DNA of 64,000 bases, from assembly GCA_963835795.1 (NCBI GenBank), contig CAWIHJ010000087.1:735-64734 (forward strand), written 5' to 3'. Positions 10,401 through 21,240 of this stretch are shown piece by piece. Both the position numbers and the translations under genes were made by a program. Every line of letters begins with the position of its first letter. Position 1 is the first letter of the stretch. The notes under the pieces were generated by a model. It was not told the DNA's origin. It saw only the letters and a list, made by a program, of their open reading frames with translations, and ran no database searches. This DNA is from an uncultured Gammaproteobacteria bacterium. Its GTDB lineage: Bacteria; Pseudomonadota; Gammaproteobacteria; GCA-001735895.

Positions 10401-10676
10401 GGGATTAAACGGTGCTCATCGGTACAATTTGGAAAAACGGCGACAATTTTGAGTAATTTCAGTAAATTTTATTAATATTTGGTTCTTTTTCAGTGTCTTA
10501 CCAAGCTTTTTTAATGTTTGTTGCTAATATAAGGTTAAGACTATCTGATCGGTTTAAAATTAATATCAATCAGGATATACTTTTTCAGTCGAACAAATAC
10601 CCGGTGTGGATTAATTAGGGCCAATTGGTATTTATTCTGCTGATTACAACAGGTAAACGTGCGACGATCCATACAA

Positions 10677-11030
10677 ATGGCAATTGATAACCGAGTCATC
10701 AACCCTGCACTTGCTCAACAGATGTTTCGCAAAAGCGAAATGTTGAAGCGCAAGCGTGCGGGTGAGCCCGCTGCAATTGAGTCTTTTCCGCGCGTGGTCA
10801 AAACCATTACCGGGTTGTGGCGCTATTCGGAAGGCAAGAATTATCTCGAAGAGCTGATCGTGGTTGAAGGCGGCAAGCGCCGCGCCGGTTTTCCGGTTGA
10901 AGTGCAGGACGAACTGATGTTTCTCTACCAGATGCTGCTTGATCAGCATCGTATTCTGAGCCTGCGTGGCCAGAAGATTACCGCCAACAAGCCGCCCGGC
11001 ACCAAGTTCACCATGGGCAAGTCCGACTGA
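10677..11030 (+). CDS. Conserved hypothetical protein
   Basis: Compact ORF after an AT-rich intergenic region; FPRVV...LW...YLEELIV...R.GFP.EV..EL pattern. Confidence 0.65.
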   Translation: MAIDNRVINPALAQQMFRKSEMLKRKRAGEPAAIESFPRVVKTITGLWRYSEGKNYLEELIVVEGGKRRAGFPVEVQDELMFLYQMLLDQHRILSLRGQKITANKPPGTKFTMGKSD

Positions 11031-11117
11031 GCTCATCGCGCCAGACTAAACCGGCGCCGCTTTAAGCCATCCGTTTCCTCATCCGACCGGGCATACCTGC
11101 CCGTTAACGACAAGCGT

Positions 11118-12468
11118 CTACAATTCTCTGCCCGCCTGCCATTCGCGCAAGCGAATCACGCCACGGGCGCCCAGCGTCATGAACGGCTCCGGAAACAACC
11201 GGCTCGGCAATGCTTGCGCTTGATAGTCCGGCACCAGTCCAGGTTCATCCAGGTTAGCGGCAGCTTCGGCGGCAACGATACCGGCTACCAGGCCCGCGCG
11301 TGGCACCCAGTCCATTCTGGCAACAGGCACTGAACAACCCCGGCTGCAGTTCGCCGAGCGCCCAGACTTCGTTACGGCTAAGGCAAAGGCGGCCCGACCA
11401 GCAATATTCCATTTCCATGCGTGGCAACATCGGGAAACGTGCCTGGAAAGTGCGCCGATGATCGGCGGCAATGTCCTGCAGTCGATTCGACGGCAAGCGC
11501 AACGATGCTTCGTAGGTGCAGCGGTTACGAATCACCAGTCGCGTGCCGCCGTCGGAGCTGTCGATACGCCGCAAGGTCGAGCCGATTGGATCCGCCGGGG
11601 TAAAACCCCAGTTGGGTACTCCCCCAAGTGCGTCGATTTCAGCGTCGTCGAGTTTGCGCGTCATCGAACCGTAGAGGTTGATGTGCATCAGGCGGCGCCT
11701 GAAAAACCCGAAGCTTTCAATGAGGCCGTTGACCGCAAGAATGACGCGCTGCGCGCTTACCGAACCCTGTTTCGGTTCGCACCAGCCATCGATCCGCTTT
11801 GCGCTCGAGCGACTCTACGGCGGAATTTTCATACAGTTCAACGCGGTCGTGGTGGCACAGCGATGCGGCGAAGCTGCGCACAAAAAGGGCCGGTTGAATG
11901 ATCGCTGTGCCCGGGTGTGCGCAAGCCTCCCTGGTAATAGTCAGTACCACAGACCGCCTGCATGGCACTGGCATCCAGCAGATCGAAAGGTTCGCCGAGT
12001 TGGTCGAGGTGATGCGCGTAGGACGCATTGTGTCGATTGCCCACGTCGCTGGCCGCCGCGTTGATCTTGCCACGCACGGCGAAGGCGTCGTCGGGGAAAT
12101 TCATGCGTCCGAGCAAGTTCGCCAGCAAAGGCAATCGCCGCACGATTCATGCGAATGTTGCGCTTGTCTGCAGAATCGTCACCGGCATAACTGCCACTGG
12201 CAAGCGCGTGCGGCAAATCGATCATGAATCCGGAATTACGCCCTGCGGGGCCGCTGGCAACCTGCTGTGCTTCGACGATGACTATGCGCGCATCTGCGTC
12301 GATCTGGCGCAAGCGACGCGCAGCCGCAAGGCCGGCGAAACCGGCGCCGACCACCAGGTAATCACAATGAATATCCTGCGCGAGTGGAGGCTCGGGCTCA
12401 CGCGCGGGCAAAATAGCGTCCCAGCCGCTGCGCCCGAGATCAGCGGGTTTGGAATCAACCTTGATCAC
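11118..12468 (-). CDS. FAD-dependent oxidoreductase (DAO/PuuB-like), broken by several frameshifts
   Basis: Fragments in successive frames: DYLVVGAGFAGLAAA..GPAGRNSGFMIDLPH; HINLYGSMTR..WGFTPADPIGSTLRR..WSGRLCLSRN..CCQNGLG; FPEPFMTLGARGVIRLREWQAGREL*. Confidence 0.8.
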
Positions 12469-12473
12469 GGCGG

Positions 12474-13980
12474 TCAGGCGACCGGGTCGGCGTGATGTCG
12501 ATCGGCTGAGATCGATCCAGATGGTCTTCAGCTCGGTGTACTGGTCGTGGGCGTGCAGCGAATTATCGCGACCACCGAAACCGGATTGTTTGTAACCACC
12601 GAATGGCGTGGTGATGTCACCTTCGCCGTAACAGTTGATGGTCACCGTCCCCGCGCGGATTTCGCGTGCGGCGCGCAACGCCTGCTTACCGTTGGCGCTG
12701 AACAGGCTGGCGGCCAGGCCGTAATCGGTCTGGTTGGCAACGGCGATTGCCTCGTCGGTTGAACGCACGGTGATCACCGCCAGCACCGGCCCGAAAATTT
12801 CTTCCTGCGCCAGTTTGTCGCCCGCTTTGACCCCATCGATAATGGTTGGCAGCACGTAACAGCCCTGCTCGGTTTTGCCGCCAATGATCACCTTGCCTTT
12901 TTTCAGGTAAGCGCTCACTTTTTTGAAGTGTTCCTTGTCAACCAGCGCGCCGAGGTGATGGGCCGGGTCGAGCGGATCACCGGTTTTCCAGTCACGGGTA
13001 CGCGCGATGATGTGTTGCATCAACTCGTCTTTCACGGCTTCGTGAACAATCAGGCGTGAAGTGGCAGAACAGTTTTCGCCCATGTTCCAGAATGCGCCAT
13101 TGACGATATGACTCAGCCACCAGGTCGAGGTCCTCGGCATCGTCGAGCACCACGGCCGGGTTCTTGCCACCGCATTCGAGGACGATTTTCTTCAGGTTGG
13201 ATTCGGCCGAGTAATGCAAAAAGCGACGTCCGGTTTCGGTAGAGCCGGTAAACGACAACATGTCGATGCCCGGATGACGCCCCATCGGCTCGCCCACATC
13301 GGGGCCCATGCCCGGAACCACGTTCGAGTACGCCCCGCGGCAAACCCGCTTCGCAGGCAAGCTCGGCGATGCGCAGCGCGGTCAGGCTGGTCTGCTCGGC
13401 GGGTTTCAGTACCACGCAGTTACCCGCAGCGAGCGCCGGCGCAATCTTCCAGGCCATCATCAACATCGGAAAATTCCACGGCAATACGCAACCCACCACG
13501 CCGACCGGCTCGCGCACTATCATCGCCATGGCGTCATCGCCAACCGGTGCAGACTGATCGTAGATCTTGTCGACCGCTTCGGCATGCCAGATCAGGCAGT
13601 GAATGGTTTCTTCCAGGTCGATGCTGGCGCAATCTCTCACCGGCTTGCCGGAATCGATGCTTTCCATTACCGCGAGTTCGTGGCCGTTGCGCCGCATCAA
13701 CCTGGCGAGCCGAATCAGTACCTGCTTGCGATCACCGGGATGCAAGCGGCTCCAGCGACCGTCATCGAAGGCTTCACGCGCCTTGCTGACGGCAAGGTTG
13801 ACGTCTTTTTCGCCACAGGCCGCTATTTTGGCGATCGTCTTGCCAGTCGCGGGATTGATCGATGCGAATGTCTTTCTGGATTTCGCCGGTTGATACTTGC
13901 CGTCGATAAAGGCATTGCACGGCAGGCTCAGCTCGGCGGCGATGGCCTGGTATTCAGCCATGGGTGAGTATGTCGATCAT
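12474..13980 (-). CDS. Aldehyde dehydrogenase (PuuC-like family), multiple frameshifts
   Basis: PWNFP, KPAEQTSL, FTGSTETG, LECGGKNP, catalytic GENCSATSR, EEIFGPV and PFGGYKQSG spread over 3-4 frames; ATG at 13980 overlaps the upstream stop. Confidence 0.85.
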
Positions 13981-14891
13981 TGTCCCTTACCTTCTTTGAT
14001 GTCTGCAAAAGTGGTGTTCATCACGCGGATCACCTGTTCCAGTGAGCGCTTGTCGTCTTTATTCAGCGGTTGCAATGGTTTGCGCGGTGGCCCAGCCGGC
14101 AAGTTACGCGCAGTCATACCGTGCTTCACGCACTGCACAAACTTGCCGCCCTGTTCGAGTACCGCCATCAACGGCAGCATCGCCGACATGATACGACGGC
14201 CCTTGTCAAAATCGCCTTCGACGGCACAGGCCCGGTACAGCGCAATGTGAATTTCGGGTGCAAAATTGGAGCCGGCGCAAACCCAGGAACGCGCACCCCA
14301 GGCAAAGAATTCCAGCGCCTGGTCATCCATGCCACAGGACATCTGGATGTGCGGGTATTGACGCGCCAGCAGGTGAATGCGATTCGGATCGCCGGAACTC
14401 TCCTTGATGGCGCAGAAATTGGGCGAGCGCCCGACCCGGTCGAGATACTCTTCGCCCATCATCGCGCCCATGCGCCCCGGGTAGTTGTAAAGCAAAATCG
14501 GCAGGTTGGCGACCCGGTCGATGGCCAGCGCATGCAGTGCATTTTCGCGTTCGGTCGGGATCGAATACGGTGGCGTGGCCACCAGCAGTGCATCGGCGCC
14601 CACCGCCACCGCAGCCTTCGCGTACTCGATCGATTCCTCGGTGCGAAACGCGCCGGTACCGACGATGTAGCTACAGCGTCCGTGAATTTGTTTGTGCATG
14701 AACTTCATCAAATCGAAGCGCTCATCCATCGTCTGCGCGTAGTATTCGCCCGTGGTACCGGCACAGATCAGGCCGTGCACACCGGCATCGATGAGGAACT
14801 CGATGACTTCGGCCAGACGCTCGTAGTCGATACTGAAATCGTCCCGGTATGGCGTAATCACCGGGGTATAAATACCTTCAAATTTCATCAC
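13977..14891 (-). CDS. Dihydrodipicolinate synthase family aldolase/lyase (probably not DapA)
   Basis: GTTGE, LYNYPGR, Schiff-base IKESSGD; catabolic gene context. Confidence 0.88.
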   Translation of the reverse strand: MMKFEGIYTPVITPYRDDFSIDYERLAEVIEFLIDAGVHGLICAGTTGEYYAQTMDERFDLMKFMHKQIHGRCSYIVGTGAFRTEESIEYAKAAVAVGADALLVATPPYSIPTERENALHALAIDRVANLPILLYNYPGRMGAMMGEEYLDRVGRSPNFCAIKESSGDPNRIHLLARQYPHIQMSCGMDDQALEFFAWGARSWVCAGSNFAPEIHIALYRACAVEGDFDKGRRIMSAMLPLMAVLEQGGKFVQCVKHGMTARNLPAGPPRKPLQPLNKDDKRSLEQVIRVMNTTFADIKEGKGQ

Positions 14892-14900
14892 TTGCCTGCT

Positions 14901-15581
14901 TCAGGAGTTGACCGCTGCCATCTCGAAGGCAAGCGGGTCGGGTTTAACAAAGTAGTCAATCAAATCGCGCGACAAGGCCCAGTGTTCGACGATCAGATCG
15001 ACGATGCGCTGGCTGTCGCCGGCCTCGATGGCGCTGATCATTTCCTCGTGATGTTCGAGCGCACTGAACATGCGCGGCTCCATCTCGGGATCGCGCGGCC
15101 GATAAAACGTCTGGCTGATGCGCGCGTGATCGATGAGCAGGCGATCATAGCTCGGCTTGAGATAAGGGTTGTCCGCCATCTCTCCCATCAACGCGTGGAA
15201 GCACTGGTTCCAGTAGACCATGTCACCGCTGACGCCGGAATCGATCGCGGCGCGAAACTTTTTCTGGATGTCGCGCATCTGCTGTATTTGCCCGGGTTTG
15301 GCATTGACAGCCGCCAGGCGCCCGATCGCCGCGTAAATCATCGGCGCCGTTACAAAGAAATCGCGCATCACCTTGTGACTCATCGAGGAGACGTAGGCGC
15401 CACGATTGTTGATGATATCGACACAACCCTCGCCCGCCAGCGCACGCAGCACTTCGCGTAACGGTGTACGTGAAATCTTGTAGCGTTTGCACAGGCTGGC
15501 TTCTTCAAGCGCGGAGCCTGGTTCCAGGCTCATGGTGAGGATGCGCTTTTTCAGATCGTTATATATGAATGCCTTGTCCAT
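14901..15581 (-). CDS. GntR/FadR-family transcriptional regulator (FCD domain)
   Basis: L.PG..LEE..L...Y.ISRTPLRE HTH; N..FH and EH..M..AI motifs. Confidence 0.9.
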   Translation of the reverse strand: MDKAFIYNDLKKRILTMSLEPGSALEEASLCKRYKISRTPLREVLRALAGEGCVDIINNRGAYVSSMSHKVMRDFFVTAPMIYAAIGRLAAVNAKPGQIQQMRDIQKKFRAAIDSGVSGDMVYWNQCFHALMGEMADNPYLKPSYDRLLIDHARISQTFYRPRDPEMEPRMFSALEHHEEMISAIEAGDSQRIVDLIVEHWALSRDLIDYFVKPDPLAFEMAAVNS

Positions 15582-15598
15582 CGGTCCGCTGCATATTT

Positions 15599-15621
15599 AA
15601 TGTATACAGATTGTATACATT
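15599..15621. promoter_or_regulatory. Perfect inverted repeat, probable GntR/FadR operator
   Basis: AATGTATACA-GAT-TGTATACATT, 18 bp upstream of the gntR start. Confidence 0.7.
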
Positions 15622-15820
15622 ATTTTGGACCGCGCAACCAGGTCGATAAAAAAAATTAATCAATCGAAGCAAAGCTGCCACCCATCCCTGTCCATCAAGG
15701 CAGGACATTCGTTGATGGGCGTCAGGCAATCGCTAAAAAACCCACTCAGCGGGCTTGAGTTGTGATGAATTACCACGTTAACTACTCCCCTTTATCTGCA
15801 CGCAAATCCGTGATTACCCG

Positions 15821-17494
15821 ATGATCAAGAGCGACAATTACCGCGGAGATATCTTTGGCGGTATCACCACCGCCGTGGTGGCGTTGCCACTGGCGCTCGC
15901 CTTCGGTGTATCCTCGGGTGCCGGTGCTCTCGCCGGCCTTTATGCCGCAATCTTCGGCGGCGCATTTGCGGCACTGTTCGGCGGCACCCGCGTACAGATC
16001 ACCGGACCTACCGGGCCGATGACGGTGGTGATGGCACTGGTCGTACTCCATTTCCAGGGAAATTTGTCGGCCGCATTCAGCGTGGTGATCCTGGCCGGCA
16101 TTTTCCAGATTCTGTTCGGCAAATTTGGTTTCGGGCGCTATATCAAGCTGGTACCTCAACCCGTGGTGTCCGGGTTCATGAGCGGCATCGGCGTGATCAT
16201 CATCATACTGCAACTGCCGCCCTTGCTCGGCCTCGCCGGGGTTAGTGGTTCTTCGCTGGCAATACTGGGCGCGCTGCCGCAAATGCTGGCCCGGCTCGAT
16301 GGCGCCACCCTGGTGCTGGGCTTACTGGTACTTGGCATCATGTTCTTTACCCCGGCAAAGGTCAGCAAGTACCTGCCTACACCACTCATTGCCCTGTTGG
16401 TCGGCACCCTGGTGGCGGCGCTAATGTCGCTCGAAATTCCCGTAATTGGCGCAATACCCACCGGCGCACCGGAATTTGGCATTCCCGAAATCAGCGCCGA
16501 CGAAATCCCGTACATCATCCGTTTCGCGCTGGTGCTCGCCTTTCTCGGATCGATCGATTCGCTATTGACGTCGATCGTCGCCGACAGCATGACGCGCACT
16601 ACCCACGACTCCAATCGAGAACTGATCGGCCAGGGTATCGGTAATATCGCCAGTGGCCTGTTTTCCGGGCTACCCGGCGCAGGTGCGACCATGCGCACCA
16701 TGGTCAACCTGCGCGCCGGCGGCAATTCGCCACTCAGTGGCGTGGTGCACTCGTTGCTGTTGCTGCTGATCGTGCTCGGTTTCGGTCAGTCGGTCAGCCA
16801 CATTCCACTCGCGGTTCTCGCTGGAATATTACTCAAGGTGGGTATCGACATCATCGACTGGCACTACCTCAGGCGCATCTTCAAGGCGCCACGCGCCGGG
16901 GTCGTCATCATGCTCTCGACCCTGCTGTTGACCGTACTGGTAGACCTGATAACCGCTTTCGCGGTCGGCTTCATCATGGCATCGGTGCTATTCGTTGCGC
17001 GCATGGCGGACGCCCAGCTTAAAAACTCAAAATTCGCCTATAGCGCCGATCAGCTCGAAAACCTGACCCCCGAGGAAGCCAAAATCATGGATCGCAGCAG
17101 CGGTCGTATCGTGCTGTTTCACGTCGAAGGTCCCCTCAGCTTCGGTTCCGCGCGCGAAGTAGCGCGCCTGTTGCAGTCCAACATGGAAAAGGAAGTGCTC
17201 GCTATCGACTTGCGCGATGTGCCGTTTATCGACAGTTCGGCTTCGGCAGCGCTAGACGAAGTGATTCAACGCCTGGCCAGCGAAGGCGACCGGGTCCTGT
17301 TGTTCGGCGCGCGCGAACCCGTCATAAACATACTGCGACAAACCGGCGTGCTCGAGCGCCTGGGCGAAGAAAACTTGCTGTCACAGCGAATCGATGCGTT
17401 GCGCCAGGCGGCGACCATTCTGGGTTCTGCCGACTCGGGTCCGGCGCCTGATCCGCGCGCGCCAATTGGAAAGAGCGGAAGCAATGACACATAA
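15821..17494 (+). CDS. SulP/SLC26 family anion transporter with STAS domain (BicA-like)
   Basis: GDIFGGITTAVVALPLALAFG, QITGPTGPM, ELIGQGIGN, GAGATMRT, STAS GPLSFGSA..VPFIDSSA. Confidence 0.92.
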   Translation: MIKSDNYRGDIFGGITTAVVALPLALAFGVSSGAGALAGLYAAIFGGAFAALFGGTRVQITGPTGPMTVVMALVVLHFQGNLSAAFSVVILAGIFQILFGKFGFGRYIKLVPQPVVSGFMSGIGVIIIILQLPPLLGLAGVSGSSLAILGALPQMLARLDGATLVLGLLVLGIMFFTPAKVSKYLPTPLIALLVGTLVAALMSLEIPVIGAIPTGAPEFGIPEISADEIPYIIRFALVLAFLGSIDSLLTSIVADSMTRTTHDSNRELIGQGIGNIASGLFSGLPGAGATMRTMVNLRAGGNSPLSGVVHSLLLLLIVLGFGQSVSHIPLAVLAGILLKVGIDIIDWHYLRRIFKAPRAGVVIMLSTLLLTVLVDLITAFAVGFIMASVLFVARMADAQLKNSKFAYSADQLENLTPEEAKIMDRSSGRIVLFHVEGPLSFGSAREVARLLQSNMEKEVLAIDLRDVPFIDSSASAALDEVIQRLASEGDRVLLFGAREPVINILRQTGVLERLGEENLLSQRIDALRQAATILGSADSGPAPDPRAPIGKSGSNDT

Positions 17495-17534
17495 TTTGTT
17501 CATCGTCACTGTACAGGCCTGCCGGGAGTAGATC

Positions 17535-17909
17535 ATGTCAAAAGCGAAACGCGCTGACCTGCGCGAGCGTTACATGCAAGGCTGGTACCAGATGGATATC
17601 GACGCCCTGCTGGCAACCACCACCGCGGATTTTATTTTCGACGACCCGGCCGAACCCCAGCCGGTAACCCGCGACATGCTGCCTGGCTACATGCAACGCT
17701 GGGACGAGCGCATGCGCGCACTGGGAGGGGACAACCAGTGGCGCCTGAGCCATCGACAGCGCCGCGACGAAAACGACATGCTGACCGAATGGGAGTGGTG
17801 GGAAGTGGTTGGCACGCAGGCGCAAGGCGCCGCGATAGTACTGACAACTGACGCGGGCGTCGTGCTGGAGCGCATCACTTATTTCGATCGCAATATCCGC
17901 CATCCCTGA
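17535..17909 (+). CDS. SnoaL/NTF2-like protein
   Basis: Y..GW...DIDALLA..TADFIFDDP pattern, 124 aa, GGAG RBS. Confidence 0.7.
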   Translation: MSKAKRADLRERYMQGWYQMDIDALLATTTADFIFDDPAEPQPVTRDMLPGYMQRWDERMRALGGDNQWRLSHRQRRDENDMLTEWEWWEVVGTQAQGAAIVLTTDAGVVLERITYFDRNIRHP

Positions 17910-17928
17910 CGACTGACGCAACCGGGCG

Positions 17929-18612
17929 TCAACGCCGCAGCAAGGCCATCCAACGCCAGAAGTTGAGCAGCGATGCCAGCGAAGCGGCAACGTAGGTCCA
18001 CGCCGCGGCACGCAGAATCGAACGCGCCGCCGGTATCTGTTGTTTCGACAGGTAGCCGCTGGACAACAACGGCAAGGCTTTTTTGAAACTGGCGTCGATT
18101 TCAACCGGCAGCGTCAGCAAGTGCATTACCACCGCGAAACCCATGACCAGGATTCCCCCGGCGATATTAAAGATCGCGGCCGAAGGCAATCGCGTTATCA
18201 ATACACTGAACGGCGCCGCGAACAGCAGAAACGAACCGAGGCGCTGCGCGAAGATCGAAACCGAGGCGAGCCGTGTACGCAACAGGAACATCGGTTCTGC
18301 CGCCGCGTGCTGGTAGGCATGCCCGCATTCATGCGCTGCTACGGTAATTGCCGTCAAGGTTTTAGCATCGAATTTGTCGCGCGTGAGCCGCACCGCTCGA
18401 TCGTTCGGATCGTAATGGTCGCCGAGCTCGGTGACCTCGACTTTCACCATCTGCAAATCGCAACGATCCAGCAGGTGGCGCGCCAACTCGGATGCCGTGC
18501 CCGGAAAATTTGCTTCGGATACCCGGTTGTGTTGATCGAGCACCCGACGCACCCAGAACTGCGGACCCAGCACGACAATAATTGCCAGCAACAGAAGTGC
18601 CACGTATATCAT
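17929..18612 (-). CDS. Putative neutral zinc metallopeptidase (YugP-like, membrane)
   Basis: DHYDP, VAAHECGHAYQH (HExxH), TLPVEIDAS, AAAWTYVA. Confidence 0.88.
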   Translation of the reverse strand: MIYVALLLLAIIVVLGPQFWVRRVLDQHNRVSEANFPGTASELARHLLDRCDLQMVKVEVTELGDHYDPNDRAVRLTRDKFDAKTLTAITVAAHECGHAYQHAAAEPMFLLRTRLASVSIFAQRLGSFLLFAAPFSVLITRLPSAAIFNIAGGILVMGFAVVMHLLTLPVEIDASFKKALPLLSSGYLSKQQIPAARSILRAAAWTYVAASLASLLNFWRWMALLRR

Positions 18613-18816
18613 GGTTGAATAGACTAAACGCTGGTAAGCGGTATTGCCAGTCATTCACCCTCACCCGCTTACCCGGCTCAACCTGCGATTCCCGTCTTGT
18701 CGGCAGCCGATTATTGGATTATCGTCGCGCTAACCCGGCCTCAGGCCAGGCTATTCTAATTTTGCGGCATTGCGCGGCTGGCGAAACCGCTGCTGACTAT
18801 TTTAAAGGACACATCC

Positions 18817-19530
18817 ATGGCTAACAGCGAACACCCCTTTTACATCATCGGACACCGCGGTGCGGCCGGTGAACGACTGGAAAACAGTCTCGACGGCTTC
18901 AAGCACGCATTGACGCTCGAAATCGATGCCATCGAACTCGACATTCACCAGCATTCCTCGGAACTCTGGGTATTTCACGATTACCAGCTGCAGCGGCTGA
19001 CCACCAGTAGCGGGCTATTTGCAGATCACCCCGACCCCGCCAGCATTCAATTGAACAACGGCGAGGCGATACCCCGCCTGCAACAGGTACTCGATCTCTA
19101 CTGGGGCAAGATGCCGGTAAATATCGAGATCAAAGGGGTGACGAATCCCGACTTGCTGCTCGAACTGCTGGCAGCCCAGCCCCCGTTGCCGCCCGAGGCG
19201 CCTGGCCTGCCGTGGATATTGATATCGTCGTTCAATCACCAGGCCTTGCTTGCGTTGCGACAACTGGATTGTCCCTGGCCACTGGCGCCGCTCAGTAGCG
19301 GCATCCCCCTGCAGTTTGACGTAGAGATTCAGCAGATCAAACCTTACTCCTGGAATTTTAACGACCATAACCTCGATTTCGCACAGGTTCGCTATTTGCA
19401 GGACCAGGGCGTGGCCTCGCTGGTTTACACGGTGAATGACCCGGAACGCGCGCAGTATCTAATGCAAAACGGAATTGCCGGGATATTTACCGACTTTCCC
19501 ACCGAAATGATCAAACTCAAGGCACGATGA
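18817..19530 (+). CDS. Glycerophosphodiester phosphodiesterase
   Basis: IIGHRGA..ENSL, IELDIH, VFHD, NIEIK, ISSFN, YTVND, GIFTDFP. Confidence 0.9.
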   Translation: MANSEHPFYIIGHRGAAGERLENSLDGFKHALTLEIDAIELDIHQHSSELWVFHDYQLQRLTTSSGLFADHPDPASIQLNNGEAIPRLQQVLDLYWGKMPVNIEIKGVTNPDLLLELLAAQPPLPPEAPGLPWILISSFNHQALLALRQLDCPWPLAPLSSGIPLQFDVEIQQIKPYSWNFNDHNLDFAQVRYLQDQGVASLVYTVNDPERAQYLMQNGIAGIFTDFPTEMIKLKAR

Positions 19531-19600
19531 ATGCGGCAATGCCTGCCGATCGCGCGCGTTCTGCGCTATCGCTGCGACTGCGCTGATGTACAATGCGCGC

Positions 19601-20431
19601 ATGGCTGAACTGGGACGATACAACACGCTGAAAATCATCCGCCGAGTCGATATCGGCGCCTATGTCGATGGTGGCGAACTGGGTGACATCCTGCTGCCGC
19701 GCAAATACGTGACCGACGCGATGCAGGTAGGCGATCAACTCGAATTGTTTGTTTACAACGACTCCGAGGACCGCTTCGTCGCCACGACGCTGCAGCCGAA
19801 GGCGCAGGTCGGCGAATGCGCCTACCTCAAGGTCGTCAGCACCAACCGCTACGGCGCGTTCATGGACTGGGGCTTGCCCAAGGATTTGCTGGTGCCGCGC
19901 AGTGAGCAGCAAAAGCCGATGCAGGAAGGTTACTCCTACATGGTGTACCCGTTCGTCGACCGCTCGACCCAGCGTATCGCCGGCTCTACCCGGCTCGAGC
20001 AGCAGCTGTCACTCGAAGCCGACCACTTCCGCGCCGGGCAGCCTGTGCAACTGCAGATCTACGCCAAAAGCGACCTCGGATTCAAGGCGGTGGTCGACGG
20101 ACTCTACCTCGGCCAGCTCTACGACAACGAGACCTTCCAGCACCTGCACTTTGGCGAAGCGCTGCCGGGTTACATCAAGCGCATGCGCAGCGACGGTCGC
20201 ATCGACCTGATGCTGTCGAAACCGTCACCGCAACAACGCGATCAGCTCGGCGACGCCATCATCGAGCATTTGCGCAGCCACGACGGTGTCTCGAAGTTGA
20301 CCGACAAAAGCCCACCCGACGACATTTACCAGACCTATGGCGTCAGCAAGGCGAACTACAAGAAAGCCCTCGGCCGCCTGTATAAACTTCGCCGTATTCT
20401 CATCGAAAAACACCAGGTCAAACTGCTGTGA
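19601..20431 (+). CDS. CvfB/YitL-family S1 RNA-binding protein
   Basis: GRYNTL..GAYVDGG..ILLP, GAFMDWGLPKDLLVP, C-terminal winged helix DKSPP..I..YGVSK..YKKALG.LYK. Confidence 0.88.
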   Translation: MAELGRYNTLKIIRRVDIGAYVDGGELGDILLPRKYVTDAMQVGDQLELFVYNDSEDRFVATTLQPKAQVGECAYLKVVSTNRYGAFMDWGLPKDLLVPRSEQQKPMQEGYSYMVYPFVDRSTQRIAGSTRLEQQLSLEADHFRAGQPVQLQIYAKSDLGFKAVVDGLYLGQLYDNETFQHLHFGEALPGYIKRMRSDGRIDLMLSKPSPQQRDQLGDAIIEHLRSHDGVSKLTDKSPPDDIYQTYGVSKANYKKALGRLYKLRRILIEKHQVKLL

Positions 20432-20472
20432 GGAAGATGCAGATCACCTCGACGTCGCTGCCGTGTTCGATC

Positions 20473-20490
20473 TTGTCATCAAAATGTAAC
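20473..20490 (+). promoter_or_regulatory. Pho box upstream of phoB
   Basis: TTGTCAT-CAAA-ATGTAAC matches the CTGTCAT-N4-CTGTCAT direct-repeat consensus. Confidence 0.75.
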
Positions 20491-20533
20491 AACCGCGGCC
20501 CAGGCTGAGACGGTTGTCTGCGCGGATTAAAGT

Positions 20534-21222
20534 ATGAATATTCTGGTTGTTGAAGACGATCGTGACATCCGCGAGATGGTTTGCCAGTCGCTGGCGCAAA
20601 ACGATTTTCTTACCATTGGCTGCCGCGACGTGCAGGAGGCCAAGCAGTCATTGCCGAGCAGAATCCGGATTGCCTGGTGGTCGACTGGATGTTGCCAGAC
20701 GGCTCCGGGGTCGAACTGATCCGCTGGATGCGACGCCAGCATCAATACCAGCAAATCCCGGTCTTGATGCTGACCGCGCGTGCGCAGGAAAGCGATATGA
20801 TTACCGGGCTGGACTCCGGTGCGGACGACTACCTGACCAAGCCGATGTCATTGCGAGAACTCAATGCGCGCGTCAAGGCACTGCTGCGCCGTCCGCCTGT
20901 CTACCAGGAGCAAAATGACATCGTGCAGGTTGGGCCGCTGAGCCTGAATTCCCGCACCCACGAGATCTTTGTCAACGAGGCACCGGTTGAATTAACCAAG
21001 ACGGAATTCAAACTGTTAAAGCTGTTTATGGGAAATTCCAAAAAAGTATTCAGTCGCGAGCAGATACTGGACGCGGTCTGGGGCGTCAATGTCTACCTCG
21101 GTGATCGCACCGTTGACGTGCATATTCTACGGCTGCGCAAATTGCTGAAAGCGCATGGCGTCGACGGCATGATTGAAACCGTCCGCGGAACCGGTTACCG
21201 GATTTCCCCTGAAACCGGCTAA
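20534..21222 (+). CDS. phoB: Phosphate regulon response regulator PhoB (one frameshift near 20646, likely sequencing error)
   Basis: ILVVEDD in one frame, then DWMLPDGSG..GADDYLTKP..DRTVDVHILRLRK..IETVRGTGY in the next; sits next to phoR/pst. Confidence 0.88.
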
Positions 21223-21240
21223 TCGGGGCCTGATCGCGTC

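Noticed and set aside
11941-13170. Apparent ALDH-FAD oxidoreductase fusion ORF (409 aa)
   Set aside because: A single extra base near 12505 bypasses the ALDH stop at 12474-12476; two separate genes are more parsimonious.
13977-14891. dapA of lysine biosynthesis
   Set aside because: Context (GntR, ALDH, FAD oxidase) and sequence divergence point to a catabolic DHDPS-family paralog.
14070-15461. Long antisense ORFs (also 39379-40680, 46567-47940, 48276-49838, 54273-55343)
   Set aside because: Shadow frames opposite well-supported genes, expected from GC-rich codon bias; no recognisable motifs.
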